Assembly (NCBI GenBank): GCA_964561535.1
Contig: CAZLPZ010000001.1
Span: 40,946-104,945, forward strand
DNA length: 64,000 bases
Direction of reading: 5' to 3'
Source: an uncultured Pseudobdellovibrionaceae bacterium
Lineage (GTDB): Bacteria > Pseudomonadota > Alphaproteobacteria > Micavibrionales > Micavibrionaceae
Position numbers and translations under genes: made by a program. The notes below the pieces were generated by a model. The model was given only the letters and a program-made list of their open reading frames with translations. It had not been told where the DNA came from and made no database searches. Below, one piece after another: positions 9,601-18,128 of the stretch (its first letter is position 1; each line of letters starts with the position of its first letter).

Positions 9601-10510
9601 TGCGGCATCCGTTATCCGGACAACACAAGACATGATTTCATCCCTGCAATCTGAATCGAAACTCATGTTGCAATCCGCGGGCGACACATTACTTGAGATT
9701 AAGAAAATTTCGGATGGCTTTGCTTTGCGTGCCCATGAAGTTGAAGAACATATGAAATCATCGCTCTCGACCGCGCAAACATATGGACGAGATCTAAAAA
9801 CCCAGGCCGGTATGATTGCCGAAAGCTCGGTCGATACCGCCGACAAGATCGCACGCGCCATTACCCAAATGACCGGAAAAGTCACGGACGTGGAACGTGC
9901 GGCCACAACGGTCGGCGAAAAAATCGAACAAGTTCGGGGACGTTTGGAAACCGAAGCCGTCCGGTTCATGAATACCGCAAAACAAGCGGTGGATGCGGCC
10001 GAAGAGGCATCCTCCAGTTATGCCCGCCAATCAAATGTCTTGTTCAAGGCGGCCCAGGATGCCGTTGCTCAAATTGACAAAATCAAAGATGTTCAGGGCC
10101 GCGCACAACGCGATGCATTCTTGTCATCGGCGAAGTTCGTCATCGAATCCCTCCACTCCCTCTCAGTTGATTTTGTCCGTGTTTTGGAAGGTGGAGTCGA
10201 AGATAAAACATGGAAATCATTCCAAAAAGGCGATGTTGCGGCGTTCACACGGCGGTTGGTTCAAAATCTGGATCAACTTCCCCAAGACAAAGTGCGTGCG
10301 AAATTTGCAGGCGACAGCGAGTTCCGCGGATATGTTCAACGATTCATTCGCCAATTCGAAGACATGTTCGATCAGGCCATTTCAAACGATCACGGCGAAC
10401 TCTTGGCGGCAACATTCTTGTCCTCTGATATTGGTCGCTTGTACCACACGCTGTGCACGGTCACTGGGCGCGAAGCAAAATCTGGCCGCAATCTGGCAAA
10501 CGCCGCGTAA
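6629..10510 (+). CDS. giant membrane-anchored coiled-coil protein, 1293 aa
   Basis: Two hydrophobic helices (VQTAAVVFSAVWITLSLVLIITRL and IGGVLAGVLAPVALLWLALTHI) are followed by about 950 aa of heptad-like E/Q/A/R/L-rich sequence and a non-repetitive C-terminal domain (FLSSAKFVIESLHSLSVDFVRVLEGG...). Confidence 0.8.
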   Translation: MTSTSASSRFSSITEEEAIIADGAAIALPDGSTTPPVTSDLRKTTLADGLEKSEPSMSLSAGSLRGESSKSGFSLRDFDDKDALKIAEETALDAEMAALATPATARAATSDADDDGLFTGSGVPLSAMRFPKWVDYVQTAAVVFSAVWITLSLVLIITRLGPALPGMMPQEIGGVLAGVLAPVALLWLALTHITRTYDAQRYGEALRAELHALIFPSEDRQQRISHDIEKLCEQAAELAGSSRTVLKAIQKSRQALHQETREFVLLSRKAEVHIDKLAENLHDRVQKLQTITDDVERRTHNIDARTQEGVKVWDETAAHILVKAEEIETALGRGAVKITDAAEMAQTKATDIETQLNNTVENLSTSIDTVAGRMTTLSSQFDDHGGNLSRASERVVDETKRLGMMIQSQISDLEGMSTGVFEAVAKSSAMVKEQSNTLDAGAVALARHTEEIAGKIKSSTDYLAEAARDVETRAGDIEDRISRQADSLKTILYQLESQTRTVEHTGDNIAERLSESLAVALSGSETLSTSVRKAVESLQNAASESRAQAADILRVTNTSIDNLQQTGSAQMQRAEQIDQTLQSHRDLLIDSARKAEEQARDVLKLYDEQTISMGLAVTQLSEKLTSAALGIQSPLRAVEQAVNEADRRHDALEQTLMRRVDDLSRTSDKAREAAEHIQNILRTQAQDLSILSGQISGQVRSIGDQIGQQKDLLGTQVERTVQDLDHVRAAIARQAESLSQVASDMNNDMSRLHDRMNDRTGILRSDAEGLTTRLYELDEKMSSSSSKLSELTSKLRDNADVAAATIDSTIDHAEPIYRRVLDQATATQDRFELLNRSFDTTATSNLERLQQIGGIFDDRLSQLRTGVQEAAQILRSSGDDLRQRVDDIESASMSASDRMNTVSGTLNNQISDIHLLTDQSLLKIENVQKAIENQFHELNVAVGKAVSELEGAQNQFTGAARTLDSSVDGSVRKMQTAARETVDESNVLQGAAASVIRTTQDMISSLQSESKLMLQSAGDTLLEIKKISDGFALRAHEVEEHMKSSLSTAQTYGRDLKTQAGMIAESSVDTADKIARAITQMTGKVTDVERAATTVGEKIEQVRGRLETEAVRFMNTAKQAVDAAEEASSSYARQSNVLFKAAQDAVAQIDKIKDVQGRAQRDAFLSSAKFVIESLHSLSVDFVRVLEGGVEDKTWKSFQKGDVAAFTRRLVQNLDQLPQDKVRAKFAGDSEFRGYVQRFIRQFEDMFDQAISNDHGELLAATFLSSDIGRLYHTLCTVTGREAKSGRNLANAA

Positions 10511-10517
10511 AAAGGCC

Positions 10518-10544
10518 CTCCCCCTCTTAAGGAGGGGGAGATTT
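10518..10544 (+). terminator. intrinsic-terminator-like hairpin after the coiled-coil gene
   Basis: CTCCCCCTC-ttaag-GAGGGGGAG forms a 9-bp stem and is followed by ATTT. It starts 8 nt after the stop codon. Confidence 0.5.
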
Positions 10545-10585
10545 CCCCTGACTGAAATACGCAACAATATTACCGCATTTATTCC

Positions 10586-10615
10586 TTGACTATATTCCTG
10601 TATTTAGGATATATA
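10586..10615 (+). promoter_or_regulatory. sigma70-like promoter candidate (TTGACT, 17-18 nt spacer, ATATAT/TATATA)
   Basis: TTGACT at 10586-10591 and an AT-rich -10 hexamer at 10609-10615. No protein gene lies downstream on this strand. Confidence 0.35.
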
Positions 10616-10619
10616 TCAT

Positions 10620-10850
10620 ATCAACGATGATGTACACATCGGAATTGGTCAAGGGGGGATACGTCCTTACTCTTAGAGTCGAGAACAAATGCACCGAGTT
10701 CTCGAGAAAATCCATTCTTTCAAAGGGCCGCGTGGTTCTGGCCCTTTGATCGTCAATCCCCGGTTGCGGGCATACAGGGTCTGACAAGCCCTTTGTCTAA
10801 ACGACCCACGGGCAGATCCACAGCATACCAAAACGGCGCGCCGGTTTTTG
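10620..10850 (+). ncRNA. candidate small RNA of unknown family
   Basis: Bounded by the promoter candidate and by the GC palindrome CGGCGCGCCG plus a T-run (10834-10849). Contains two strong hairpins: TCGAGAAC/GTTCTCGA at 10679-10705 and TCAAAGGGCC/GGCCCTTTGA at 10720-10749. There is no credible ORF. Confidence 0.3.
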
Positions 10851-10984
10851 TTAAAAGAGAGAATCAGAGAAGAAGGAAAAGAACATGAGGGTTTTCCCTC
10901 CCCCTGAAGGAAGGAAATGGTGCACGCAACGCACCGGAAAGGGTAATCGTTATCGAGCAAAAAAAGAGTACAAAGAGGAGCGGA

Positions 10985-11025
10985 AATGAAAATAAAACAT
11001 AATTCTTGACAACACTGTCAAAGAA
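10985..11025 (-). terminator. rho-independent terminator of the zapA operon
   Basis: On the minus strand, TTCTTTGACA-gtgt-TGTCAAGAA follows the zapA stop directly and is followed by TTATGTTTTATTTTC. Confidence 0.55.
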
Positions 11026-11031
11026 CAAGCC

Positions 11032-11634
11032 CTATGCCGCCTGTAATTTTTTGGCGATGCCTTCTAAACGTCCGGCCAATGCTTCGATTGTGCCTGCAAT
11101 TTTTTCTTCAATATCCGGAGTTACGCTATTGGCTGCGGGGCCGCCCGCTTGCAAAAATCCAACACTTCCCATAGGGGTTGGTGCCGTTAATTGATCTTCT
11201 AATTCTGAAATTTCAGATTCCATTTTTTCAATCTGATCTTCAAGTGACGACATTTGACCTTGCATCCGATTAATTTGTTCTGCACGATCATCGGATAATT
11301 GCCGCATAGCTTCGGTCTCATCGACTTGTGATTCGACTTGACGTTGTAATTTTTCAATCTCGACCTGTAATAATTCCATTTCACGATTATGCGTCATGGA
11401 TTGCGACCGCACGTTCGTTTGACCATCCCGCGTATCAAAAAGTTCATCCGCCATCACAAGACACGCAAGAACCAACAAATGCGATTCTGCCGCTGCCGAC
11501 CCCCCCGTAGCCTGGGCAATATCACGCACACGACGATCAATATATTGACCTAAATCGCGTACACGACGTTCTTGCCCCTCATCACATCCAACGCCATATG
11601 TCCGGCCATGAATAATCAGATTAACAGTGCTCAT
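11032..11634 (-). CDS. zapA: cell division protein ZapA with a long C-terminal coiled coil
   Basis: The N-terminus VNLIIHGRTYGVGCDEGQERRVRDLGQYIDRRVRDI...HLLVLACLVMADELF matches the ZapA fold. The C-terminal half is heptad-rich. Confidence 0.8.
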   Translation of the reverse strand: MSTVNLIIHGRTYGVGCDEGQERRVRDLGQYIDRRVRDIAQATGGSAAAESHLLVLACLVMADELFDTRDGQTNVRSQSMTHNREMELLQVEIEKLQRQVESQVDETEAMRQLSDDRAEQINRMQGQMSSLEDQIEKMESEISELEDQLTAPTPMGSVGFLQAGGPAANSVTPDIEEKIAGTIEALAGRLEGIAKKLQAA

Positions 11635-11646
11635 TTTAAGTTCTCC

Positions 11647-11913
11647 TTACGCGGCTTGTGCCAACACATGTTCAATTTGATCAATCACGCGTGCCATCCG
11701 ACGTGCCATATCTTCAGTATCAATGTTTTTACCATTGGTCACGACCGTTGGTGCCACGCCGGCTCCGCCAAATAAATCCATTTGATCCGTCCGTTTTTTA
11801 CCCCGTGCCCCGGCTGCTTTGATCCGTGATTCAACAGACGTCACCGCGGATTCTAGCGTACTAATACCCATATTTAAACGATCAAGGGCCTCGAGGATGG
11901 GGGAACTGGACAT
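11647..11913 (-). CDS. DUF4164 / ZauP-like coiled-coil protein
   Basis: Lies immediately upstream of zapA, as in Caulobacter zauP-zapA. Start chosen at MSSSPILEAL because AAGGAG lies 8 nt upstream. The ORF-track start at 11937 lacks an RBS. Confidence 0.55.
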   Translation of the reverse strand: MSSSPILEALDRLNMGISTLESAVTSVESRIKAAGARGKKRTDQMDLFGGAGVAPTVVTNGKNIDTEDMARRMARVIDQIEHVLAQAA

Positions 11914-12104
11914 GACGCAGGCTCCTTCTATTTTCAAAAATATTTTGGAAGTACACTATACTTACCAAAAACAATAAGACACGGCAAGACAAGAACTTAG
12001 GCGACTACTCTGACCTCTCACTTCATATCAAGTTATCCACAGATTTGTGCACAGTTTCGGATCCCTCCCTTCCTTCTTTCTACAAAAAAGATATAGTTTA
12101 CTTC

Positions 12105-14090
12105 ATGAACCCGAACCTCCCCCTCTTAACCACCCTTCCCTCTCTTGCGCATGCCATCCGCACCTTGGCCATGGATGCCGTAGAACAGGCACAATCCGGC
12201 CATCCGGGCATGCCGATGGGCATGGCCGACGTAGCGACTGTTTTATATGCCCGCCATTTAAAATTTTGGGCTCATAATCCGCACTGGCCCGATCGCGATC
12301 GGTTTATTCTATCGGCCGGGCATGGATCCATGTTGCTCTATGCCCTTTCATACCTCACCGGATATGAGGGGATGACGATGGAACAGATTAAAAAATTTCG
12401 GCAACTAGGGTCACGTACCCCCGGCCATCCAGAACATGATGTTGATGTTGGCATTGAAATGACAACGGGCCCCCTGGGCCAAGGAATTGCCACCTCAGTT
12501 GGATTTGCACGCGCCGAAAAATTAAACGCCGAACGTTTCGGATCTGATCTTGTCAATCATCACACCTATGTCATGGCCGGGGATGGCGATATGCAAGAAG
12601 GCATTAACCACGAGGCCTGTGCCCTAGCCGGACACTGGAATTTAAATAAACTTATCGTTCTTTATGATGATAACGGAATCACAATTGATGGCCCCACACA
12701 TTTATCCTTTACCGAAGATGTCTGTAAACGCTATACGGCATATGGGTTTATAACCCGCCAAATTGATGGACATGATATGACGGCAATTGATGATGCATTG
12801 ACGTGGGCCAAAATCCAAAACCGCCCCGTCCTTATTGCATGCAAAACAATCATTGGAAAATTTGCAGGTAAAAAAGAAGGCACGGCGGACTGCCACGGAT
12901 CTCCCCTGGGGCCCGATGGCATCGCCGCCGCCCGGACGGCCATGAAGTGGCCCCAGGAACCCTTTATTATCCCGGATGATATTTTATCAACATGGCGTGC
13001 CATTGGCATGCAAGGACGCACAGAATATACATCTTGGGAAAAGCGTCTATCTGCTGTCCCTGATCAAATGCGTCAAGATTTTATCACGGCACAATCCGGC
13101 ATCTCTCCCCTTGCGCGGACAACAGCCATCAATTTAGCCCTCGCACAAATCAATACCCAAAAACAAACCATTGCAACCCGTAAGGCATCGCAAATGGTTT
13201 TAGAACATCTGGTCTCTGCTTTACCGAATTTAATCGGCGGATCTGCCGATTTAACTGGATCAAATCTAACAAAAGTCACCGCACATTCCCTTCCGGAACA
13301 CCCCTACATCCATTACGGAATACGCGAACATGGTATGGCCGCAATTATGAATGGATTATCTTTACATGGAGGTATGGTTCCCTATGGGGGAACATTTTTA
13401 TGCTTTGCCGATTATATGCGTCCAGCCATGCGACTGGCCGCGCTCATGGGAACCCAAGTAATATACGTGATGACACACGATTCAATCGGCCTGGGCGAGG
13501 ATGGTCCGACACATCAACCCATTGAACATTTGGCATCCTTACGGGCAATCCCAAATATGCTCGTCCTGCGTCCAGCCGACGCCCAAGAAACCGCTGTATG
13601 TTGGGACATCGCCCTCGCCCACAAAACCGGCCCCAGTGTCATCGCCTTGTCACGCCAAAACATCCCCCCCCTGCCCATTCTAGACCTATCCGAAATTAAA
13701 AATGGTGGATATGTGATGATTGATACCCCTTCCCCTTCTGTCGTTTTATGCGCCACAGGCACCGAAGTGGATATCGCCATTCAAACAGCGCATTTATTAA
13801 CAACCAAATATAAAATTGCGACGCGCGTTCTATCGGTCCCCTGTTTTGAATTATTTATGTCCATACCCCACGATATCCGATCGACCCTTATTCCTATTAA
13901 TACTTTACACGTTGGAATCGAAGCCGGCATACGACAGGGATGGGACGAAATTATTGGATCCAATGGGCTGTTTTTTGGCCTAAATACATTTGGTGCATCT
14001 GGCAAATATAAAGATATTTATGCCCATTTTGGGTTAACGCCAGAGTATATTTCCAGCGAAATCATCAAAAAATTATCTGATGTAAAATAA
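12105..14090 (+). CDS. tkt: transketolase
   Basis: AIRTLAMDAVEQAQSGHPGMPMGMADVA, GHGSMLLYAL and GEDGPTHQPIEHLASLRAIPN are canonical transketolase motifs. The ATG at 12105 is preferred over the TTG at 12045. Confidence 0.95.
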   Translation: MNPNLPLLTTLPSLAHAIRTLAMDAVEQAQSGHPGMPMGMADVATVLYARHLKFWAHNPHWPDRDRFILSAGHGSMLLYALSYLTGYEGMTMEQIKKFRQLGSRTPGHPEHDVDVGIEMTTGPLGQGIATSVGFARAEKLNAERFGSDLVNHHTYVMAGDGDMQEGINHEACALAGHWNLNKLIVLYDDNGITIDGPTHLSFTEDVCKRYTAYGFITRQIDGHDMTAIDDALTWAKIQNRPVLIACKTIIGKFAGKKEGTADCHGSPLGPDGIAAARTAMKWPQEPFIIPDDILSTWRAIGMQGRTEYTSWEKRLSAVPDQMRQDFITAQSGISPLARTTAINLALAQINTQKQTIATRKASQMVLEHLVSALPNLIGGSADLTGSNLTKVTAHSLPEHPYIHYGIREHGMAAIMNGLSLHGGMVPYGGTFLCFADYMRPAMRLAALMGTQVIYVMTHDSIGLGEDGPTHQPIEHLASLRAIPNMLVLRPADAQETAVCWDIALAHKTGPSVIALSRQNIPPLPILDLSEIKNGGYVMIDTPSPSVVLCATGTEVDIAIQTAHLLTTKYKIATRVLSVPCFELFMSIPHDIRSTLIPINTLHVGIEAGIRQGWDEIIGSNGLFFGLNTFGASGKYKDIYAHFGLTPEYISSEIIKKLSDVK

Positions 14091-14127
14091 GATTTCTTTT
14101 TGAAAAAGGGTTCGTTATAATTACCCC

Positions 14128-14703
14128 ATGACCTCACCCACTGACTTTTTTTCTACCGCTGGGCATTTGTTAATTGCAATGCCTTTAATTGGCGACCCGC
14201 GTTTTCATCGCAGCGTTGTCTTTATCGCCGCCCATGATCACGGCGGTGCAATGGGGTTTAACCTGACTATTCCACGTACGGATATGATGCTCGATAACAT
14301 GATGGAGCAACTTAACATTCATCATCATGAATTCGAATTTTCCCGCACCCCTGTGATGAATGGGGGCCCAGTTGACCAAGAACGTGGTTTCATATTGCAC
14401 AGCCCCGATTATCATCGCAAAGAAACAATTACCGTAAACGATGACTTTCATGTAACAGCAACAATTGAAGTCTTAAAAGATATTGCAAATGGTAATGGCC
14501 CGCGAGATTATCTTTTTATTTTGGGATATGCCGGATGGCAAACCAAACAAATCGAAAATGAATTAAAAGGAAATACCTGGTTAACGATGCCCGCCACACC
14601 CCATCTCGTTTTTCAAATCCCGGCAACGAATAAATGGGATGTGGCACTCAACCACATGGGTGTTAACCCTGCAATGCTTTCAGATATCGTTGGGCATGCA
14701 TAA
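14128..14703 (+). CDS. YqgE/AlgH-family protein (UPF0301)
   Basis: LLIAMPLIGDPRFHRSVVFIAAHDHGGAMGFNL and GYAGWQTKQIENEL are typical of the family. Confidence 0.85.
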   Translation: MTSPTDFFSTAGHLLIAMPLIGDPRFHRSVVFIAAHDHGGAMGFNLTIPRTDMMLDNMMEQLNIHHHEFEFSRTPVMNGGPVDQERGFILHSPDYHRKETITVNDDFHVTATIEVLKDIANGNGPRDYLFILGYAGWQTKQIENELKGNTWLTMPATPHLVFQIPATNKWDVALNHMGVNPAMLSDIVGHA

Positions 14704-14758
14704 AACGATCCCAAAATAAAAGAAAAATGATCCCAAACTACGGCGAATTATTCGAAAA

Positions 14759-17700
14759 TTATTCCCCAGCAACCGTTTTCGGTGGCGTTACTTTTGCCGC
14801 CGGATCTGCAAGAGGTCCATCCGTAACGGCAGCCGCAGGCAGAGAAACCGGGCCCCCCCCTGTTGATTTCGGTAATAAAGGAGACGTTTTTCGGAATGAA
14901 TCCAAAAATTTACCAAAAAGATCCACTTCTTCAACCAACTTATTCAGCGTGTCTCGATCCGCCAATGTCGGCACCTGACGTTCACGCGTCACAATATCAA
15001 ACTCATCTGCCCGCTTGGTTTGAGTCATCGCCGTCATATACAAGGAACGAATACGGGCAAGTTCAATCCGATCGCCACCCAAATTTACGGCAACCGCCAA
15101 ATTTTGAACATTATCAGCTTGAATATCTGTTGGAGGCTTTGTCGGCAAAATAGGATCAAGCGCAAGCAATTTTGAAAGTGCAGCAGCAACATCACCCCAC
15201 CGGGCCGTCTGCCATGCAATATCTGCTCCAGCCCGTAAAACATTCGGATCATCTTGAGGAAGTTCAGAAAGAACCGATAATGCCTGATCAACACGATCTG
15301 ATTGTGATAAAGCCCGTGCACGAAGTAACCCTAAATCTAATAATTTACGTTTCTGAAGATCATCTTTAGGCAACACTTCAATCATGGCGTCAGTACGATT
15401 TAAAACACCAAGTGCTAAATCAGCGCGCTTATTCATCAAATGAACGGCAGCCAATCGTAAAGCTCCATCAACCCGTTCGTTGTCGACCAATTTATGATCC
15501 ACAAGATCTTGCAAAACACGAACTGCCCGATCAAGTAAATCAACTTCAAGTAACCGATCCACCAAATTCATCATCATTTGATTGGCGTCAACCCCCACTG
15601 GCGCGAGTTCTCCAAATTTTTCAAACACGGTAATTGCGTCAATCGGGTCAATTTTTTTTATGTTTTCCGGCGTAAAAACTGATTTAAATTGTTCAATCAT
15701 CAATGCTGTTACACGTCGTCCGCTTTCCGATTCAGGTGCAAGTGACACCGTATCCCGCAACATCGAAAGCCCGCGTATATAATCCCCACCCGCCAAATAT
15801 GTTTCGCCCAAACGAGTGCCGATTGCCATTTCAAAATCATCACCTCGCCAACTGAACCGCAGAGTCTCTAATCGATCTACAGCTTGATCTGGTGTTATCT
15901 TTCCACTTTCAAAATTCATAATGGCCAAGGCAAGACGTGCACGTGCGCGATATTTATCATCCTTACTTTTTGATAATTTCTCCCAAATACTTGCTGCGAC
16001 ATCTTTTTTACCTTGTTGTCGCGCAACCTCTCCCTTTAAATAATCCGCATATGCCAAAACAGACAAACGATGTAAAGGATTATCCAATTTCTGGGTTTTT
16101 TTATCCGACATCGCATTATCGGCCGTTGATAAAATCTTTTGCGCCTCTATCGATTTTCCGGCACGTAAAACACTTTCTCCAATTGTCAAAATCATATCGG
16201 GGCCAAAAGACCATGGGTAATGCGCCGCCAATTTTGTATCAACCTCTGGTACCGTTGCCGCGCGCGACCAGTCTTGTAATTTTCCAATCATAACCGCACG
16301 CCACAGCGGTATATCCACATACGCATCAAGACCAGGATTATTTAAATCGTCAATGGCCAAATCATACTGGCCATTAATGGCATATGCCGCACCACGCACG
16401 CCCAAAAATTCAGGGTTATCGATTAATGGCGGGGACGATTCAAGGGCAAGACGAAAATATCCAACAGCTTCGGCCCCCCGACCACTTGCCAAAAACATTT
16501 TCCCAATATTCATATACCCGCTCGCGCGGTCATCTTCTTTTTTCTCAGATAAATCTGAAATCAATGCGGTTTCATTCGATAAAAGTGACGATACCCCCCC
16601 CATTGCCCAACGATCAAACCGATATAAAATATTTTTCTGAGCTCCTGTAGCATCGATAATTTTAGAATCGTCTGAATTTTCGGCATCCGAACTCACAATC
16701 GCTTTCACTTCATGATCTGATTCATGTCGCGTCGGTGGGGCCGTAAGCGTGGGATCCCCCTTATGATCATCTTCAGAGACATATGTTTCAGCCTGAAGCG
16801 ATGTTGTAACGGACACCCCACTGGGACGTGATATCAAAACGCCATCATGAATAATTTTCACATCTAAATCATCCACCTTGGAGACAACAGCAATGCCAAT
16901 CGGAGAATGTGCTGTATAAAATTCCGTAAAATCATGCATGGGTCCCGCATATTGGTCTGATTTTGAAACAGTCCCCACCACGATTGTCTCACCCGTATCG
17001 GGATCATTCAATTTAATAAGTTTTGTAACATCGGATGGCCACAAAACACCGCGATCATTATCACCATCCAACCGCCGCAAATCCGTGGCGGGTAATAATT
17101 TTGAATCCACCGGAGCAATCACAACTCGCCAGAATAAATCACCGCCCTCGCCCCGAATAAAAAGAACAGGCCCTGGCAATTTCCATTTAAAAATAGTCGC
17201 GTCTGACGTTCCAATCCGCGTCACAGGACCAAATCTTTCAGACCCCACCCCCGATAATTTTGGAGCACCTTCAAAATTGGGCGTATCTACAACAACCCAC
17301 AATGTACGATTTTTGATAAATGACGCCATTCCAAATTTATTCAGCGATGAAATCGCCAAAAGCGGCGGCTGTATTTTATCAACAACAATCGGGCGATCAT
17401 CTAGATCTGGCATCATCGCTGGTAATTTTGACGTGGCCGAAACAACTTGTATTTCTGGTTTTATTTCTGGTGTAAGACCGGATTTTTTATCTGTTGGCTG
17501 AACAGAAAGTGTCGCGACTCCGGCTTTATTTACCTCTTGCTCAGGTTTCAAAACATCTTGTTTTTTTAATTCGACTTGAGGTTCTTTTTTAATTTTATAA
17601 TTTTCTTTATCCTCAATTTGATCAACTTTCTTTTCAGATGGTAAATCTGTTTGATTTTTTTGAGCTCTTAATTTTTCATCATGCCCAAAATCAAGAATAA

Positions 17701-18085
17701 TTCGACGCCCAACACTCACCTCACGTTTAAATAATTTTGAACTTTGAATAACCCACAAGCGCAACGGCGCACCCGGATCGGAGACACGGCGCACATCAAC
17801 AATTTCCGGAATCATTGGTACAGGACTATAAGAAGAACCAGACGCCGTTCCTGCAAACGTGACTTCTGTCGTTTGATCATCAATCTGACGCACATGATAT
17901 AGCGGCAGCGGCTCATGTGGCCATTCGATCACCAACCGGACACGATCACCCTGATCGCCAACGCGCACCTGAACTTCGTCCGCAGCTACCGCCGCGACCG
18001 ACGAAATAATCAGAGCGAAAAGAGATAAGAGAAAAAGACGAAACATCATTCGTATCAGGTTACCCTGAACTCTGGGTTGTGACAA
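14759..18085 (-). CDS. secreted 1108-aa protein with an N-terminal beta-rich (AMIN-like?) region and C-terminal TPR-like repeats
   Basis: Signal peptide MMFRLFLLSLFALIISSVAAVAADE. Multiple TPR-like helices (GRGAEAVGYFRLALESSP, YLAGGDYIRGLSMLRDTVSLAP and others). Last gene of a three-gene minus-strand cluster. Confidence 0.8.
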   Translation of the reverse strand: MSQPRVQGNLIRMMFRLFLLSLFALIISSVAAVAADEVQVRVGDQGDRVRLVIEWPHEPLPLYHVRQIDDQTTEVTFAGTASGSSYSPVPMIPEIVDVRRVSDPGAPLRLWVIQSSKLFKREVSVGRRIILDFGHDEKLRAQKNQTDLPSEKKVDQIEDKENYKIKKEPQVELKKQDVLKPEQEVNKAGVATLSVQPTDKKSGLTPEIKPEIQVVSATSKLPAMMPDLDDRPIVVDKIQPPLLAISSLNKFGMASFIKNRTLWVVVDTPNFEGAPKLSGVGSERFGPVTRIGTSDATIFKWKLPGPVLFIRGEGGDLFWRVVIAPVDSKLLPATDLRRLDGDNDRGVLWPSDVTKLIKLNDPDTGETIVVGTVSKSDQYAGPMHDFTEFYTAHSPIGIAVVSKVDDLDVKIIHDGVLISRPSGVSVTTSLQAETYVSEDDHKGDPTLTAPPTRHESDHEVKAIVSSDAENSDDSKIIDATGAQKNILYRFDRWAMGGVSSLLSNETALISDLSEKKEDDRASGYMNIGKMFLASGRGAEAVGYFRLALESSPPLIDNPEFLGVRGAAYAINGQYDLAIDDLNNPGLDAYVDIPLWRAVMIGKLQDWSRAATVPEVDTKLAAHYPWSFGPDMILTIGESVLRAGKSIEAQKILSTADNAMSDKKTQKLDNPLHRLSVLAYADYLKGEVARQQGKKDVAASIWEKLSKSKDDKYRARARLALAIMNFESGKITPDQAVDRLETLRFSWRGDDFEMAIGTRLGETYLAGGDYIRGLSMLRDTVSLAPESESGRRVTALMIEQFKSVFTPENIKKIDPIDAITVFEKFGELAPVGVDANQMMMNLVDRLLEVDLLDRAVRVLQDLVDHKLVDNERVDGALRLAAVHLMNKRADLALGVLNRTDAMIEVLPKDDLQKRKLLDLGLLRARALSQSDRVDQALSVLSELPQDDPNVLRAGADIAWQTARWGDVAAALSKLLALDPILPTKPPTDIQADNVQNLAVAVNLGGDRIELARIRSLYMTAMTQTKRADEFDIVTRERQVPTLADRDTLNKLVEEVDLFGKFLDSFRKTSPLLPKSTGGGPVSLPAAAVTDGPLADPAAKVTPPKTVAGE

Positions 18086-18128
18086 CCAGATGAATCAAAA
18101 ATCCCTAGCGCCGGGATGACACTCTTTT

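Noticed and set aside
9993-10589. 198-aa alternative-frame ORF at the end of the coiled-coil gene. Similar shadow ORFs occur at 6595-7011, 9490-9969, 16938-17501 and 60585-61124.
   Set aside because: All overlap longer ORFs that carry coherent motifs. Their compositions are skewed (Arg/Ser/Pro-rich).
10620-10850. 6S RNA (ssrS), expected downstream of zapA. Also tmRNA and RNase P RNA.
   Set aside because: I could not find a long closing stem with a central bubble on either strand. There is no Ala-rich tag reading frame or T-arm/CCA end (tmRNA), and no GGAAAGUCCGGGC or ACAGAACCCGGCUUA-type P4 strings (RNase P). The region is kept only as an sRNA candidate of unknown family.
10885-10989. 34-codon basic ORF (MRVFPPPEGRKWCTQRTGKGNRYRAKKEYKEERK) with an AAGGA upstream
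   Set aside because: It is very short, highly basic and low in complexity, and it runs into the zapA terminator. There is no way to support it without conservation data.
12045-12104. N-terminal extension of transketolase from a TTG start. Similar over-long ORF-track starts occur for plsX, rpmF, cutA, bamE, dsbB, the HNH gene and merR.
   Set aside because: The conserved protein N-termini begin at internal Met codons. The extensions overlap upstream genes or repeat elements.
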